DNA from: Malacoraja senta
Taxonomy: Eukaryota
Reading direction: 5' to 3'
Length of the DNA stretch: 64,000 nucleotides
NCBI GenBank assembly: GCA_038087875.1
Contig: JAXLNO010000051.1
Span: 372,001 to 436,000, forward strand
Position 1 is the first letter of the stretch. Every line of letters begins with the position of its first letter. The translations under genes and the position numbers were made by a program. This document shows positions 25,478 to 37,200 of this stretch, piece after piece. The notes beneath the pieces are model-generated. The model searched no databases. It saw nothing but the letters and a program-made list of their open reading frames with translations, and had not been told where the DNA came from.

Positions 25478-26336
25478 TTTTGTGCGTGGGAGCTTGGATG
25501 CATTCCGCAAACACCGAGAGGGTAATAAATAAACGTCTGTCCCCGCGGTGGGGGTGAATCACCCTGGTGTGGGGGTTGGGGTCCGATGGCGGTGCCTCGC
25601 GGTCAGTGACAGTGGGACGCTCCCGCGGGAGGAGACAGAAGAGAGAGAGAAGAGTACAGAGAGAAGAGGAGAGAGAGAGGAGAGAGAAGAGGGTTAGTGA
25701 GAGGAGGAGAGAGAAGGGAGAGAGAGAAGGGAGAGAGAGAAGGGAGAGAGAGAAGAGGTGGAGAGAGAAGGGGAGACGGGAGCGCGGGGTTCATTTTCGC
25801 ACACAAGCCATAGGTGACTGGGCAATCTGAACCCAAGCACCAAGTTGAAAGCGGCCGAATGTGTGCATTCCTCGGAACAGCCGCCACGCTCCCACGGCCA
25901 CCCTCCGTGGGCTGCGGGTCGGGTGGAGCGGAGGTTTGGGACAATGTTCGTGCCTTCACAGTGATGTGATGGAAGCGGGGGTCTGGACAAATCGCTGACA
26001 AGTCCCGCCCCGGGCAACGTCATGTCCGTTATTGGATTTTTCTGTTGAGCGGCAGTCGGTCCTTAGGCTTGTTGGCGACGCCGCCTTTCGGGTAGGTGGC
26101 TTTTTGTCAGAGCGGCCATTCGGTAAGTTTGCTTTTAGGCGACGCAGCTTTTTGCTTTTAGGCGACGCAGCTTTTCGGTTCGTTGACTTTTAGGCATCCC
26201 GCCCTTTCGGTTAGTTTGCATTTAGGCGTCCCGTCCTTTCGGTTAGTAGGCGTTTCGTCTTCGGGTTCTTTCGGTTTGTTGACTTTTCGGCCTCCTTTCC
26301 ATTCGGTTCTTTGGCTTCGACTTCTTTGCTTCGGCT

Positions 26337-28567
26337 TCTTGTCTGTCGGCGCCACGTCTGAATATCATCTGGCCAGCCGTGCTTAATGACAGAAGTTAGC
26401 GACCGTAGGGTCTTGGTCTGTCGGCGCCACGTCTGGGTATCATCTGGCCAGCCGTGCTTAATGACAGAAGTTAGCGACCGTAGGGTCTTGTCTGTCGGCG
26501 CCACGTCTGGGTATCATCTGGCCAGCCGTGCTTAATGACAGAAGTTAGCGACCGTAGGGTCTTGTCTGACGGCGCCACGTCTAGGTATCATCTGGTCAGC
26601 CGTGCTTAATGACAGAAGTTAGCGACCGACAAATCCAGGGCAAAAATCAAAAAGGGCCACTTTTCAACATAATTGTATAAGGGGTAAGAGCGTTGTAAAA
26701 ACAAGCCTGAAGGCTTGTGTCTCAATGCAAGGAGCATTCGTAATAAGGTGGATGAGTTGAACATGCAGATAGCAATTAATGATTATGATATAGTTGGGAT
26801 CACGGAGACATGGCTCCAGGGTGACCAAGGCTGGGAGCTGAACATCCAGGGATGTTCAATATTCAGGAGGGATAGAGAGAAAGGAAAAGGAGGTGGGGTA
26901 GCGTTGCTGGTTAGAGAGGAGATTAACGCAGTGGAAAGGAATGACATTAGCTTGGAGGATGTGGAATCGGTATGGGTAGAGCTGCGAAACCACTAAGGGG
27001 CAGAAAACGCTGGTGGGTGTTGTGTACAGGCCACCTAGCAGTAGTAGTGAAGTTGGGGATGGCATCAAACAGGAATTAGAAATGCGTGCAACAAAGGCAA
27101 AACAGTTATAATGGGTGACTTCAATCTACATATAGATTGGGTGAATCAAATTGGCAGGGGTGCTGAGGAAGAGGATTTTCTTGGAATTTATGCGGGATAG
27201 TTATCTAAAACCAACATGTAGAGGAACCAACGAGAGAGCAGGCTATCTAGACTGGGTATTGAGTAATGAGGAAGGGTTAGTTAGCAGTCTTGTTGTGCGT
27301 GCCCCCTTGGGCAAGAGTGACCATAATATGGTTGAGCACACGGTATTGGTGGTTCAGTATTGATGTGGATAGAGAACTGGCTGGCAAACAGGAAGCAAAG
27401 GGTAGGAGTAAACGGGTCCTTTTCACAATGGCAGGCAGTGACTAGTGGGGTACCGCAACGCTCAGTGCTGGGACCCCAGCTATTTACAATTTATATTAAT
27501 GATCTGGATGAGGGAATTGAAGGCAACATCTCCAAGTTTGCGGATGACACTAAGCTGGGGGGCAGTGTTAGCTGTGAGGAGGATGCTAGGAGCCTGCAAG
27601 TTGACTTGGATAGGCTGGGTGAGTGGGCAAATGTTTGGCAGATGCAGTATAATGTGGATAAATGTGAGGTTATCCACTTTAGTGGCAAACACAGGAAAGC
27701 AGACTATTATCTAAATGGTGGCCGATTAGGAAATGGGGAGATGCAGCGAGACCTGGGTGTCATGGTACACCAGTCATTGAAACTAGGCGTGCAGGGTGCA
27801 GCAGGCAGTGAAGAAAGCGAAACGGTATGTTAGCTTTCATAGCAAAAGGATTTGAGTATAGCAGGGAGGTTCTACTGCAGTTGTACAGGGTCTTGGTGAG
27901 ACCACACCTGGAGTATTGCGTACAGTTTTGGTCTCCAAATCTGAGGAAGGACATTATAGCCATAGTGGGAGTGCAGAGAAGGTTCACCAGACTGATTCCT
28001 GGGATGTCAGGGACTTTCATATGAAGAAAGACTGGATAGACTTGGCTTATACTCGCTAAAATTTAGGAGGTTGAGAGGGATCTTATAGAAACGTACAACA
28101 TTCTTATGGGGTTGGACAGGCTAGATGCAGGAAGATTGTTTCCGATGTTGGGAAGTCCAGGACAAAGGGTCACAGCTTAAGGATAATGGGGAAATCCTTT
28201 AAGACCGAGATGAGGAAAAACCGTTTTCACACAGAGAGTGGTGAATCTCTGGAACTCTCTGCCACAGAGGGTAGTTGAGGCCAGTTCATTGGCTATATTT
28301 AAGAGGGAGTTAGATGTGGGCCCTTGAGGCTAAGGGGATCAGCGGGTATGGAGAGAAGGCAGGTACGGGGATTACTGAGTTGGATGATCAGCCATGATCT
28401 ATTGAATGGCGGTGCAGGCTCGAAGGGCCGAATGGCCTACTCCTGCACCTATTTTCTATGTATCTATGTATCTATCTAAGGGGGCTTGTCTGTCGGGCGC
28501 CACGTCTGGGTGTTATCTGGCCAGCCGTGCTTAAATGACAGGAAGTTAGCGACCGTAGGTTCTTGTC
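26337..28567. repeat. 74-bp tandem repeat (5 copies) derived from Gypsy pol, split by a CR1
   Basis: Units start at 26337, 26411, 26486, 26560 and about 28485; reverse strand reads TDKTLRSLTSVIKHGWPDD. Confidence 0.88.
26629..28477 (+). mobile_element. CR1 LINE, 5'-truncated, large internal deletion near 27335
   Basis: CLNARSI, ITETW, FADD, RPHLEYC motifs with many indels; tail TTTTCTATGTATCTATG; same family as 12431-15427. Confidence 0.88.
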
Positions 28568-29557
28568 GCTGGCAGTCTGGGGCAACCAGGGTCCCTTCCA
28601 TCCCAAGGATGGAAGGGATTGAAGGATACAGGGCAGATCCTCGCAGGTCGGCCGAGATGCATGTGAAAGAGTGCCAGCCAGGTGCATATCCATTCCACGT
28701 TTGTAGGTCAGGACGATGTCATATTTTTGAAGTTGTAGTAACATCTGTTGTCGGCGCGCTGGAGAGTTATGAATAGGTTTATTGAAAATGCTGATAAGAG
28801 GTTGGTGGTCGGTTTTAATTGTAATAGCGCGACCAACGATGAAATCGTTGAACATTTTGCAGGCGAACACAACCGCAAACAGCTCTTTTTCGATTTGGGC
28901 GAATCGTTGTTCTGTGTGCGAGGCCTAGGCGACAGGTTTATTGCCATGGCAATCATTCTGAAGGCATGCAGCGCGCAGCCCTTGTTGTGAGGCGGCACAT
29001 GGCACATGGCATTAATAGTCAGTCTAGGATCAAAGTCCGCTAGAGTAGGGTGGCCGACATCTGCCGTTTAAGAGTATCAAATGCTGTCTGTTGTTGCTTA
29101 TGCCAGGTCTAAGCAGAGTTTTTGTGTGTGAGATGGCGCAATGGGGCTGATATTTCGCTGAAATCTGGAATGAATTTTCTCAAATAGTTAGCCATGCCAA
29201 GGGACCTCTGTAAACTGAGCACATCTGTGGGTGTTGGAAGCTCATTAATAGCACTGGTTTTCGCTGGATCCGTATTTAGGCCGTTTTGGTAAATATATGG
29301 CCTAAGTATTTTACCTTATTCACTGTGAATTTGCATTTTTTAGGATTTAGCTTGAGATGGATGGCCTCTGCACGCCACAATACTTTTGTCAGATTGGCAT
29401 CGTGCTCCTTGACCGGTTTCCCAGCAATGAGGATATCGTCCACTGCGATAGAGCGTGGGTATCCTACAAACAATTGTTCCATGGATTGTTGAAATACTTC
29501 ACTGGCAGAACTTATACCAAAAGGCATCATCAGAAATTTATGACGTCCGAACGGAGT

Positions 29558-29757
29558 NNNNNNNNNNNNNNNNNNNNNNNNNNNNNNNNNNNNNNNNNNN
29601 NNNNNNNNNNNNNNNNNNNNNNNNNNNNNNNNNNNNNNNNNNNNNNNNNNNNNNNNNNNNNNNNNNNNNNNNNNNNNNNNNNNNNNNNNNNNNNNNNNNN
29701 NNNNNNNNNNNNNNNNNNNNNNNNNNNNNNNNNNNNNNNNNNNNNNNNNNNNNNNNN
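29558..29757. other. Assembly gap (200 N)
   Basis: Run of N; adjacency across it is not established. Confidence 0.99.
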
Positions 29758-29880
29758 AGAGAGAGAGTGAGAGGAGGGGAGAAGGAGAGGTGGGCAGAGA
29801 GAGAGAGGGAGAGGGAGAGAGGCGGCAATGGAGGGAGAGATGTAGACGGGAAGGCAGAGAGAGAGAGAGACGGAGAGAGA

Positions 29881-30163
29881 CACAATAGACAATAGACAAT
29901 AGGCGCAGGAGTAGGCCATTTGGCCCTTCGAGCCAGCACCGCATTCAATGTGATCATGGCTGATCATCCCCAATCAGTACCCCGTTCCCGCCTTCTCCCC
30001 ATATCCCGTGACCGCTATTGTTAAGGCCAAATCTAGCTCTCTCATCAAAGCATCCAGAGAATCTGCCTCCACGCCCTCTGAGGCAGAGAATTACACACTC
30101 ACCACTCTCTGTGAGAAAAAGTGTTTCATCATTTCTGTTCTAAATGGCTTACTCCTTATTATT
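29881..30163 (-). mobile_element. CR1-type 3' end with (CTATTGT)n tail
   Basis: CAATAGACAATAGACAATAGGCGCAGGAGTAGGCC... matches the CR1 3' UTR seen at 12460-12690. Confidence 0.75.
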
Positions 30164-30239
30164 ACGTGGAGAGAGAGAGACAGATAGAGGAGAGAGAGAT
30201 AGAGGGTGAGGGGGATAGAGAGCGACGGGGAGGGGAGAG

Positions 30240-31569
30240 TGTAAGATTTGAGAAGTTTTCCTCATGCTACAATCAACAAAACCAAAGAGCTGCATTTGGG
30301 ACATTTTTTTACGGGACTGGGACTGAGAGAGAGAAAAACTGCGGTCAGTTTTAACAAGGGATGTCACAATCAGTGGGTCCCAACATGGCCGCGGACCTCG
30401 TGACCAGCCACAAAACGAAACCCCACAGCCCAGTCTCTGGGTTTCTGCAAAGTCACGGCCTGAACAATAGATGGATATTGGCCGTGCAGAAACCCCCGAA
30501 ACCAGGTCGAAGTCCAGACACTGGGGCGCTGACATCACTGGCATCACAATGCCCCAAGCCGACCTACCTAGTTAATCTCGTTAAGAGAGCACAATAGCCC
30601 ATAGAAACCTACCTGGCCGGTGATGGGAAAACCAGTTAAACCCATCACCTCTTATCGAGAACAAATTAACAGACCGTCTAGCCATCACCGGTACTCCCGG
30701 ACATAACGCAGAACAAAGGGAGAGCTCGAACCCCATCTTTTAAGCAAAGAGATCCCGAGATATGGCGGAGATAGGACGGGTCAGGATTAGAATAACTGGC
30801 CACGATTTTTGGGTTTAAGAAGGAAAAGGAGGGAGACACAGGAGGAGTCACTGAACGAATCTGGAGACTTGCGGAGAGAGAGAGGACACAGGACAGCGCT
30901 TAAAAAGTACACGGTGTCTAGTGTGACACACTCCAGCTGGAGTCACCGCCACGTGGAAAGAAAAGGAAAGCAGTAGGACCCCTGGGCGAGGTGAACCCCG
31001 GGACCACCCGAAAGACCGAGACGACCGCCGACGACCCTTCCACAGCCACCTAATCGGAGGAAGCAGCACGACCAGCCAGTAACCTCAGCAATCGCCCCAT
31101 GGCGAGCATGTACCCCGAGCCTGCACATCCTCGACATAGTTTAGTGTAGAGGGGAGGGGGGGGTTATATTAACGTGGGTGTAAGTGTAAGATGTGCTGGC
31201 AAATTTTTACGATGTGCCGTACGTTCATCATCCGCAATCGAGTATTGTATCGTAGTTATTGCGTCTATGATCCCGAAACAGGAACTGTAATTATGCATAT
31301 GCCTTATAGAACTGTGTCAAAGTATTCATGTACCGTAGTCCCAACCGCTAAATAAAAGTGTTTTCTGTTTAAACCCTGGTCTTCAAATCTGGTCTGGTTG
31401 AATTTTCTGCGCTATCAACGCTCCTGCAACTAAGTCCAGCGTATAGAACCGTAGGGTGTGAGTGGGTCGAGCCACTCACGGGGAACCAGTGTGCGCGCCC
31501 TGGTCGAGGGACCCGAGCAAACCACAGGGACCTTAGGTCGGGCGAAGCTCGACGCAGAAAACCCTTACA
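30240..31569 (+). mobile_element. Solo LTR, 1330 bp, 4-bp TSD AGAG
   Basis: Ends TGTAAG...CTTACA (perfect 6-bp inverted repeat); AGAG at 30236-30239 and 31570-31573; TTAAAAA near 30900 and AATAAA near 31351. Confidence 0.75.
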
Positions 31570-31894
31570 AGAGGGAGAGAGAAGTAACAGTGACGGGGTG
31601 GCGAGGAGAGAGAGAGGGGAGGGAGGGAGGGAGAGAGAGTCGGGGAGGGGAGGGATAGAGACGGGTAGGGGAATGCAAAAGTGACGAAGGGGTGGGTGAG
31701 AGCTGGAGATGAAGAGAGAACGAGGAAGGACATCAATGAAACAACGTTTAAGTGTCATTTGGCCAGATACATTTAGCCAGACATTTAGGTACATGGATAG
31801 GACAGGTTTAAAGGTATAATTACAGGTGCCCTCCCTAATTCCATCATTTACAGGTGCACTCCCTTAAATCCGTGGCAGATTTGCCAGACCCGAT

Positions 31895-31990
31895 GGGGAG
31901 AGAGATGGGAGAGAGATGGGGAGAGAGGGGAACATAGTGGAGGGAGATAGAGAGAGGGAGAGCGAGAGAGAGAGAGAGAGGGAGAGAGAG

Positions 31991-32078
<88 letters not shown>

Positions 32079-32509
32079 GAGAGGGAGGGAGAAAGAGAAT
32101 AATCCTTGGTGAAGGAAATACGGCACATCTTGGTGCACAATACGTAACAGCATGCCATAACCTGAGAGACGGTGAATGACCAATATGCACATATGTACGC
32201 ACACACTAATTGTCATTAACTGACACTAAGAAATTAATATTGAATTGCTAAACTTGCTACTCTGTTGTACTGCTTACAGCTGCAAGAACGTGTAGCTATT
32301 AATAAAGGGCTATAGGTCAATTTGCGAGTTTATGTACAGGGACATATCTATCCATGCACTGTATACTTGTATTCATATTTGTGCATTTTAAATATGTATG
32401 TCATCTTTTATACTTTGGCTATATAACGATGTATTTTATCATGCCAATAAAGGTTTTTTTTAATTGAATTGAATTGAAAATAGAAATTGAATTGCGAGAG
32501 AGAGAGAGA

Positions 32510-32590
<81 letters not shown>

Positions 32591-32700
32591 CGGGGGTAGA
32601 GAGAGAAGGGATGGGGAGGGGAGAGAGAGGAGAGAGGGAGAGATTAGAAGGCCTGGGAGAAGGATGGAGAGCGAGACGGGGTGGACGAAGTGAGAGATGA
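31895..32700. repeat. (GA)n microsatellite tracts
   Basis: Near-pure (GA)n at about 31960-32075 and 32496-32585. Confidence 0.9.
32092..32495 (+). mobile_element. RTE-X-like LINE 3' end inside (GA)n
   Basis: ORF end ILGEGNTAHLGAQYVTACHNLRDGE*, then CATGCCAATAAA and an (AATTG)n tail joined to (GA)n. Confidence 0.6.
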
Positions 32701-32708
32701 GGTCTCTC

Positions 32709-32804
32709 GTCTGAAGAACGATCTCGACCTGTAACATGTCGCAATCATTCTCCCCAGAGATGCTGCATGTCACGCGGAGTTACGCCAGCATTTTGTTTGT
32801 CTAT
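32709..32804 (+). mobile_element. Second decayed Penelope-associated terminal repeat fragment
   Basis: CTGAAGAACGATCTCGACC...CCAGAGATGCTGC...GAGTTACGCCAGCATTTTG, homologous to 25419-25477. Confidence 0.5.
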
Positions 32805-32817
32805 GTTAAGTCAAGTT

Positions 32818-33010
32818 ATAATAATAATTAAGAATCATTTTATTTACTGGCGCCTTTCTAAAACCCAAGGACACCTTACAATGCATAGAATCACAACAAA
32901 ACAAAAAAACACATAATCGGAATAAATTAAATATAAAAACACCACAGTACACAAATCAAGGACAGAATTCAATTTCAAAAGCACGAAAAGAAAATAAGAA
33001 ACACAAGTTT
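32818..33010 (-). mobile_element. L2-like LINE 3' end
   Basis: (AAT)n followed by TTTATTT...GCGCCTTTCT...CCAAGGACACCTTACA, the form of fish L2 3' termini. Confidence 0.5.
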
Positions 33011-33234
33011 GAGTTATGTCATGGACAGGTTAAGAAACTGTGCTCAACATGTGATGAGCGTATATCGGCACTGGGCTGTACTCACTGGCGTTTAGAATAA
33101 CGAGGGGGCACCTCATTGAAACAACGTTTTAAGAGACATTTCGACAGGAACATGGACCCGTTCGATCCTGACCACGGGCGCTGTCTGTGCAGAGTTTGCA
33201 CTTTCTCCCCACGACATGCATCGGGCCGGCACGG

Positions 33235-34285
33235 TGCCTCCCACTCCCCACCCCTCTCCCCCCTCCGTCACTCGCTCGACCTCCCCATCATTCTCCCCCG
33301 CTTCCCCCTCCCCATCTCCCCCCTCTTCCCGTCTCTCACTCTCTCTCCCCACCTCCCTCCCTCCCCCATCTCTCTCCCTCTCCTCTCTTCCCGTCTCTCT
33401 CTCTCTCCCCATCTGTTTCTCTCCCTCTCCCGGCTTCTCTCTCTATCTTCCTCAACTCGCCTCTCCCTCTCCCCGCCTCTCTCCCCCGTCACTCGCTACC
33501 TCTCGCCGTCTCTCGCTTGCCCCATCCACGCCTCTCTCTCTCCCTCTGTCAGTCTCTCTCTCCCCATCTCTCTCTACTTCCCCCTCTCTCCCCGTCTGTC
33601 CATCCCTCCCTCCGTCTCCATCTCTAGACCCTTATCCCTCTCCCCCCTCCCCCGTCTCTCTGTACCTCCCTCCCTGTACCCTCTCTCTCTCCCCGTCACT
33701 TTCCCTCTCCGACTTTTTCCGTCAGACATTCCCTCCTTCCTGCTGTGACAAACGCCGAGACACAGAGCGAGAGTGAGTTACCGGAGAGGGAGAGACAGAC
33801 GGAGAGGGAAGAGAGAGAGAGCGACGGGGAGGGAAGAGAGAGTGAGAGGATGGGAGAGGAGGGAGCGAAAGAGATGAGACGGGGAGGGGAGAGAGACAGA
33901 CAGTGAGCGGAGGGAGGAGAGAGTGACACCGAGAAAATGAGCGATAGAGAGGAGGAGATGGGAGGGGAGGGAGGGAGAGAGAAGGGGCAAGGAGAGAGGG
34001 ACGGAGAGAAAGACACGTGGAGGGAGAGAGAGAGATGGTGAGGGAGGAAGTGAGAGAGGGGAGGGGAGAGAGGAGAGAGGTAAGAGAGGTGACGGGGAGG
34101 CGAGGGAGAGAGAGGGGAGAGAAGACGCCGAGGGGATGGGAGGGAGAGTCCGGAGGAGAGAGATAGAGACGGGTAGGGGAAGGAAAAGAGACGGGTAGGG
34201 GAGGGAAGAGAGCCGGGGATGGTGGGGAGAGAGAGAGAGTGACGGGGTAGGAGGAGAGAGGTAGGTCGGAGAGAGATTGGGAGGG
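33235..34285. repeat. CT-rich then GA-rich low-complexity tract
   Basis: Polypyrimidine 33235-33740 switches to polypurine 33755-34285. Confidence 0.85.
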
Positions 34286-37200
34286 AACGCATAAAGCGAC
34301 GAAAATTTCAGAACCTGAAAAGCGTCGAAATTTCAGCACGCGAAAAGTGACGAAAATACCGCACACGAAAAGTGACAAAATTTCAGGACGTGAAAAGCAA
34401 TGGAATTTCAGCATACTAAAAGTGACAAAAATTCACCACGTGAAAAGCAACGAAAATTCAGCACGCGAAAACTGACAAAATTTCAGAACATGAAAAGCAA
34501 CGAAAATTAATCACGTGAAAAGCGACGAAAATACAGCACGCGAAAAGTGACGAAATTTCAGGATGTGAAAAGCGACGAAATTTCAGCATACCAAAAGCGA
34601 CGAAAATTCACCATGCGAAAAGCAACGAAAATTAAGCATGCAAAAAGTCACGAAACATCAAGACCCGAAAGGCAACAGAAATTAAAAATGTAAAAAGCGA
34701 CGTAAATTCAAGATGCGAAAAGCGACAAAAGTTCAGGATGCATGAAGCGACAAAATTTCGGCACACGAAAAGAGACGAACCTTCAGGACGTGAAAAGCGA
34801 CGAAAATTCAGCACGTGAAAAGCGACGAACCTTCAGAGGTGAAAAGTGACGAAAATTCAGCATGCAAAAAGGGACGAGATTTCACAATGTGAAAAGTGAC
34901 GTAAATTAAGCACGCGAAAAGCGACGAAAATCAGCACGCAAAGTGATGAAATTTCAGGATGTGAAAAGCGACGAAAATTTAGCACGCAAAAAGCGACGAA
35001 ATTTCAGCACACGAAAAGCAACCATCCAGGACGTGAAAAGCAACAACTATTCAGCACGTCAAAAGAGACGAAATTTCAGGACGTGAAAAGCAACGAAATT
35101 TCACCACACGAATTTCAGCACATAAAAAGCGAAGAAAATTCACATGCGGAAAGCGACGAAACATTAGGACGCATAAAGCGACGAAATTTCAGAAAGTGAA
35201 AAGCGGCGAAATTTCAGCACACGAAAAGCGACGGAAATTCAGCGCGCGAAAAGCAACGGAAATTCTGCACTCGAAAAGAGAGGAATATTCAGGACGTTAA
35301 AACCAACGAAAATTCAGCACGCGTAAAGTGACAAAAGTTCAGCACGCATAAAGTGACAAACCTTCAAGAGGCGAAAAGTGACGGAAATTCCGCACGCGAA
35401 AAGTGACTAAATTCAGAACGTGAAAAGCGACGAAAATTTAGCATGCAAAAAGCGACGAGAAAAGCGATGAAAATGAAGCATGCAAAAAGCGATGAAAATT
35501 CAGCATGCAAAAAGCGACAAAAATTCTGCATGTGAAAAGCGACGTAATAACTAGATGAATAAAGCGATGAAATTTCAGGCCGTGAAAGGCGATAAAATTT
35601 CAGGACATGAAAAGACGACGACATTTCAGGACATGAAAGGCGACGAAATTTCAGCACACAAAAAGCGACGTAATATCAGGACGAATAAAGCGACGAAATT
35701 TCAGGACGTGAAAGGCGATGAAATTTACAGCATACTAAAATCGACGAAAATTCACCATGTGACAAACGACGAAAATTCAGCACGCGAAAAGTGACAAACC
35801 TTCAGGACGTGAGAGGCGACGAAAATTCAAAATGCCAAAAGCGACGTAAATTCAAGCTGCGAAAAGTGACAAAAGTTCAGGATGCATGAAGCAACAAATT
35901 TCAAGACATGAAAAGCGACAAAATTTCGGCACATGAAAAGTGACGAACCTTCAGGACGCGAAAAGCGACGAAATTTCAGCATACTAAAAGCGACAAAAAT
36001 TCACCATGCGAAAAGCAACGAAAATTAAGCACGCAAAAAGTCATGAAACATCAAGACCCGAAAGGCGACAGAAATTAAAAATGTAAAAAGCGACGTTAAT
36101 TCAAGATGCGAAAAGCGACAAAAGTTCAGGATGCATGAAGCGATAAAATTTCGGCACACGAAAAGAGACGAACCTTCAGGACGTGAAAAGCGACGAAAAT
36201 TCAGCACGTGAAAAGCGACGAACCTTCAGGAGGTGAAAAGCGACGGAAATTCAGCATTGAAAAAGTGACGAAGTTTCACAATGTGAAAAGTGACGTAAAT
36301 TAAGCACGCGAAAAGCGAATAAAATTCAGCACGCGAAATGTGATGAAAATTCAGGAATGTGAAAAGTGATGTAAATTAAGCACGCGAAAAGTGACGAAAT
36401 TTCAGCACGTGAAAAGCGACGATCCAGGATGTGAAAAGTGACTAAAATTCAGCACGTCAAAAGTGACGAAATTTCAGGACGTGAAAAGCGACGAAATTTC
36501 ACCACACGAAAAGCACCGAAATTTCAGCTCATAAAAAGCGAAGAAAATTCAGCATGCGGAAAGCGATGAAACATCAGGACGCATAAAGCGACGAAATTTC
36601 AGGAACATGAAAAGAGGCAAAATTTCAGCACGCAAAAAGCGACGGAAATTCAGCATGCAAAAAGCGAGAAAAATTCTGCACGCAAAAGGCGACGTAATAT
36701 CAGGACGAGTAAAGCGACGAAATTTCAGGACGTGAAAGGCGACAACATTTCAGGAATGAAAGGCGACAAAATTTCAGCACGAGAAAAGCGACGAAAAGCC
36801 AGCATGTGAAAAGCGACGTAATATCAGGATAAATAAAGTGTACGAAATTTGAGGACGTGAAAGGTGACGAAATTTCAGGACATGAATGACGACGAAATTT
36901 CAGGACATGAAAGGCGACGAATTTCAGCACACGAAAAGCGACGTAATATCAGGACGAATAAAGCAACGAAATTTCAGGACGTAAAAGGCGATGAAATTTA
37001 CAGCATACTAAAAGCGACGAAAATTCACCATGTGACAAACAACGAAAATTCAGCACGCGAAAAGTGACAAACCATCAGGACGTGAAAGGCGACGAAAATT
37101 CAAAAAGCCAAAAGCGACGTAAATTCAAGCTGCGAAAAGTGACAAAAGTTCAGGATGCATGAAGCAACAAAATTTCAAGACACGAAAAGCGACAAAATCT

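Larger units (their letters stand above)
24091..29557 (-). mobile_element. Decayed Ty3/Gypsy pol (RT-RNase H-integrase), interrupted; 5' part lost at the gap
   Basis: TPFGR...PFGISSASEVFQ...VDD (29557-29280), TDHQPL (RNase H), KHGWP, YWPSM, DLF...VDSYS, TDNGSQF, QSNGLAERAV. Confidence 0.85.

Noticed and set aside
26629..29557. High indel density as a sign of great age or programmed frameshifting
   Set aside because: Adjacent to a contig end and often in homopolymers; consensus error is as likely
29276..29973. ORFs spanning the N run
   Set aside because: Artefacts of translating through the gap
31816..31892. Repeated TTACAGGTGC as a Tc1/mariner-type terminus
   Set aside because: Two short direct copies only; no matching inverted end found
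31533..34414. Ser/Leu/Pro- and Glu/Arg-rich ORFs
   Set aside because: Translations of GA/CT low-complexity DNA
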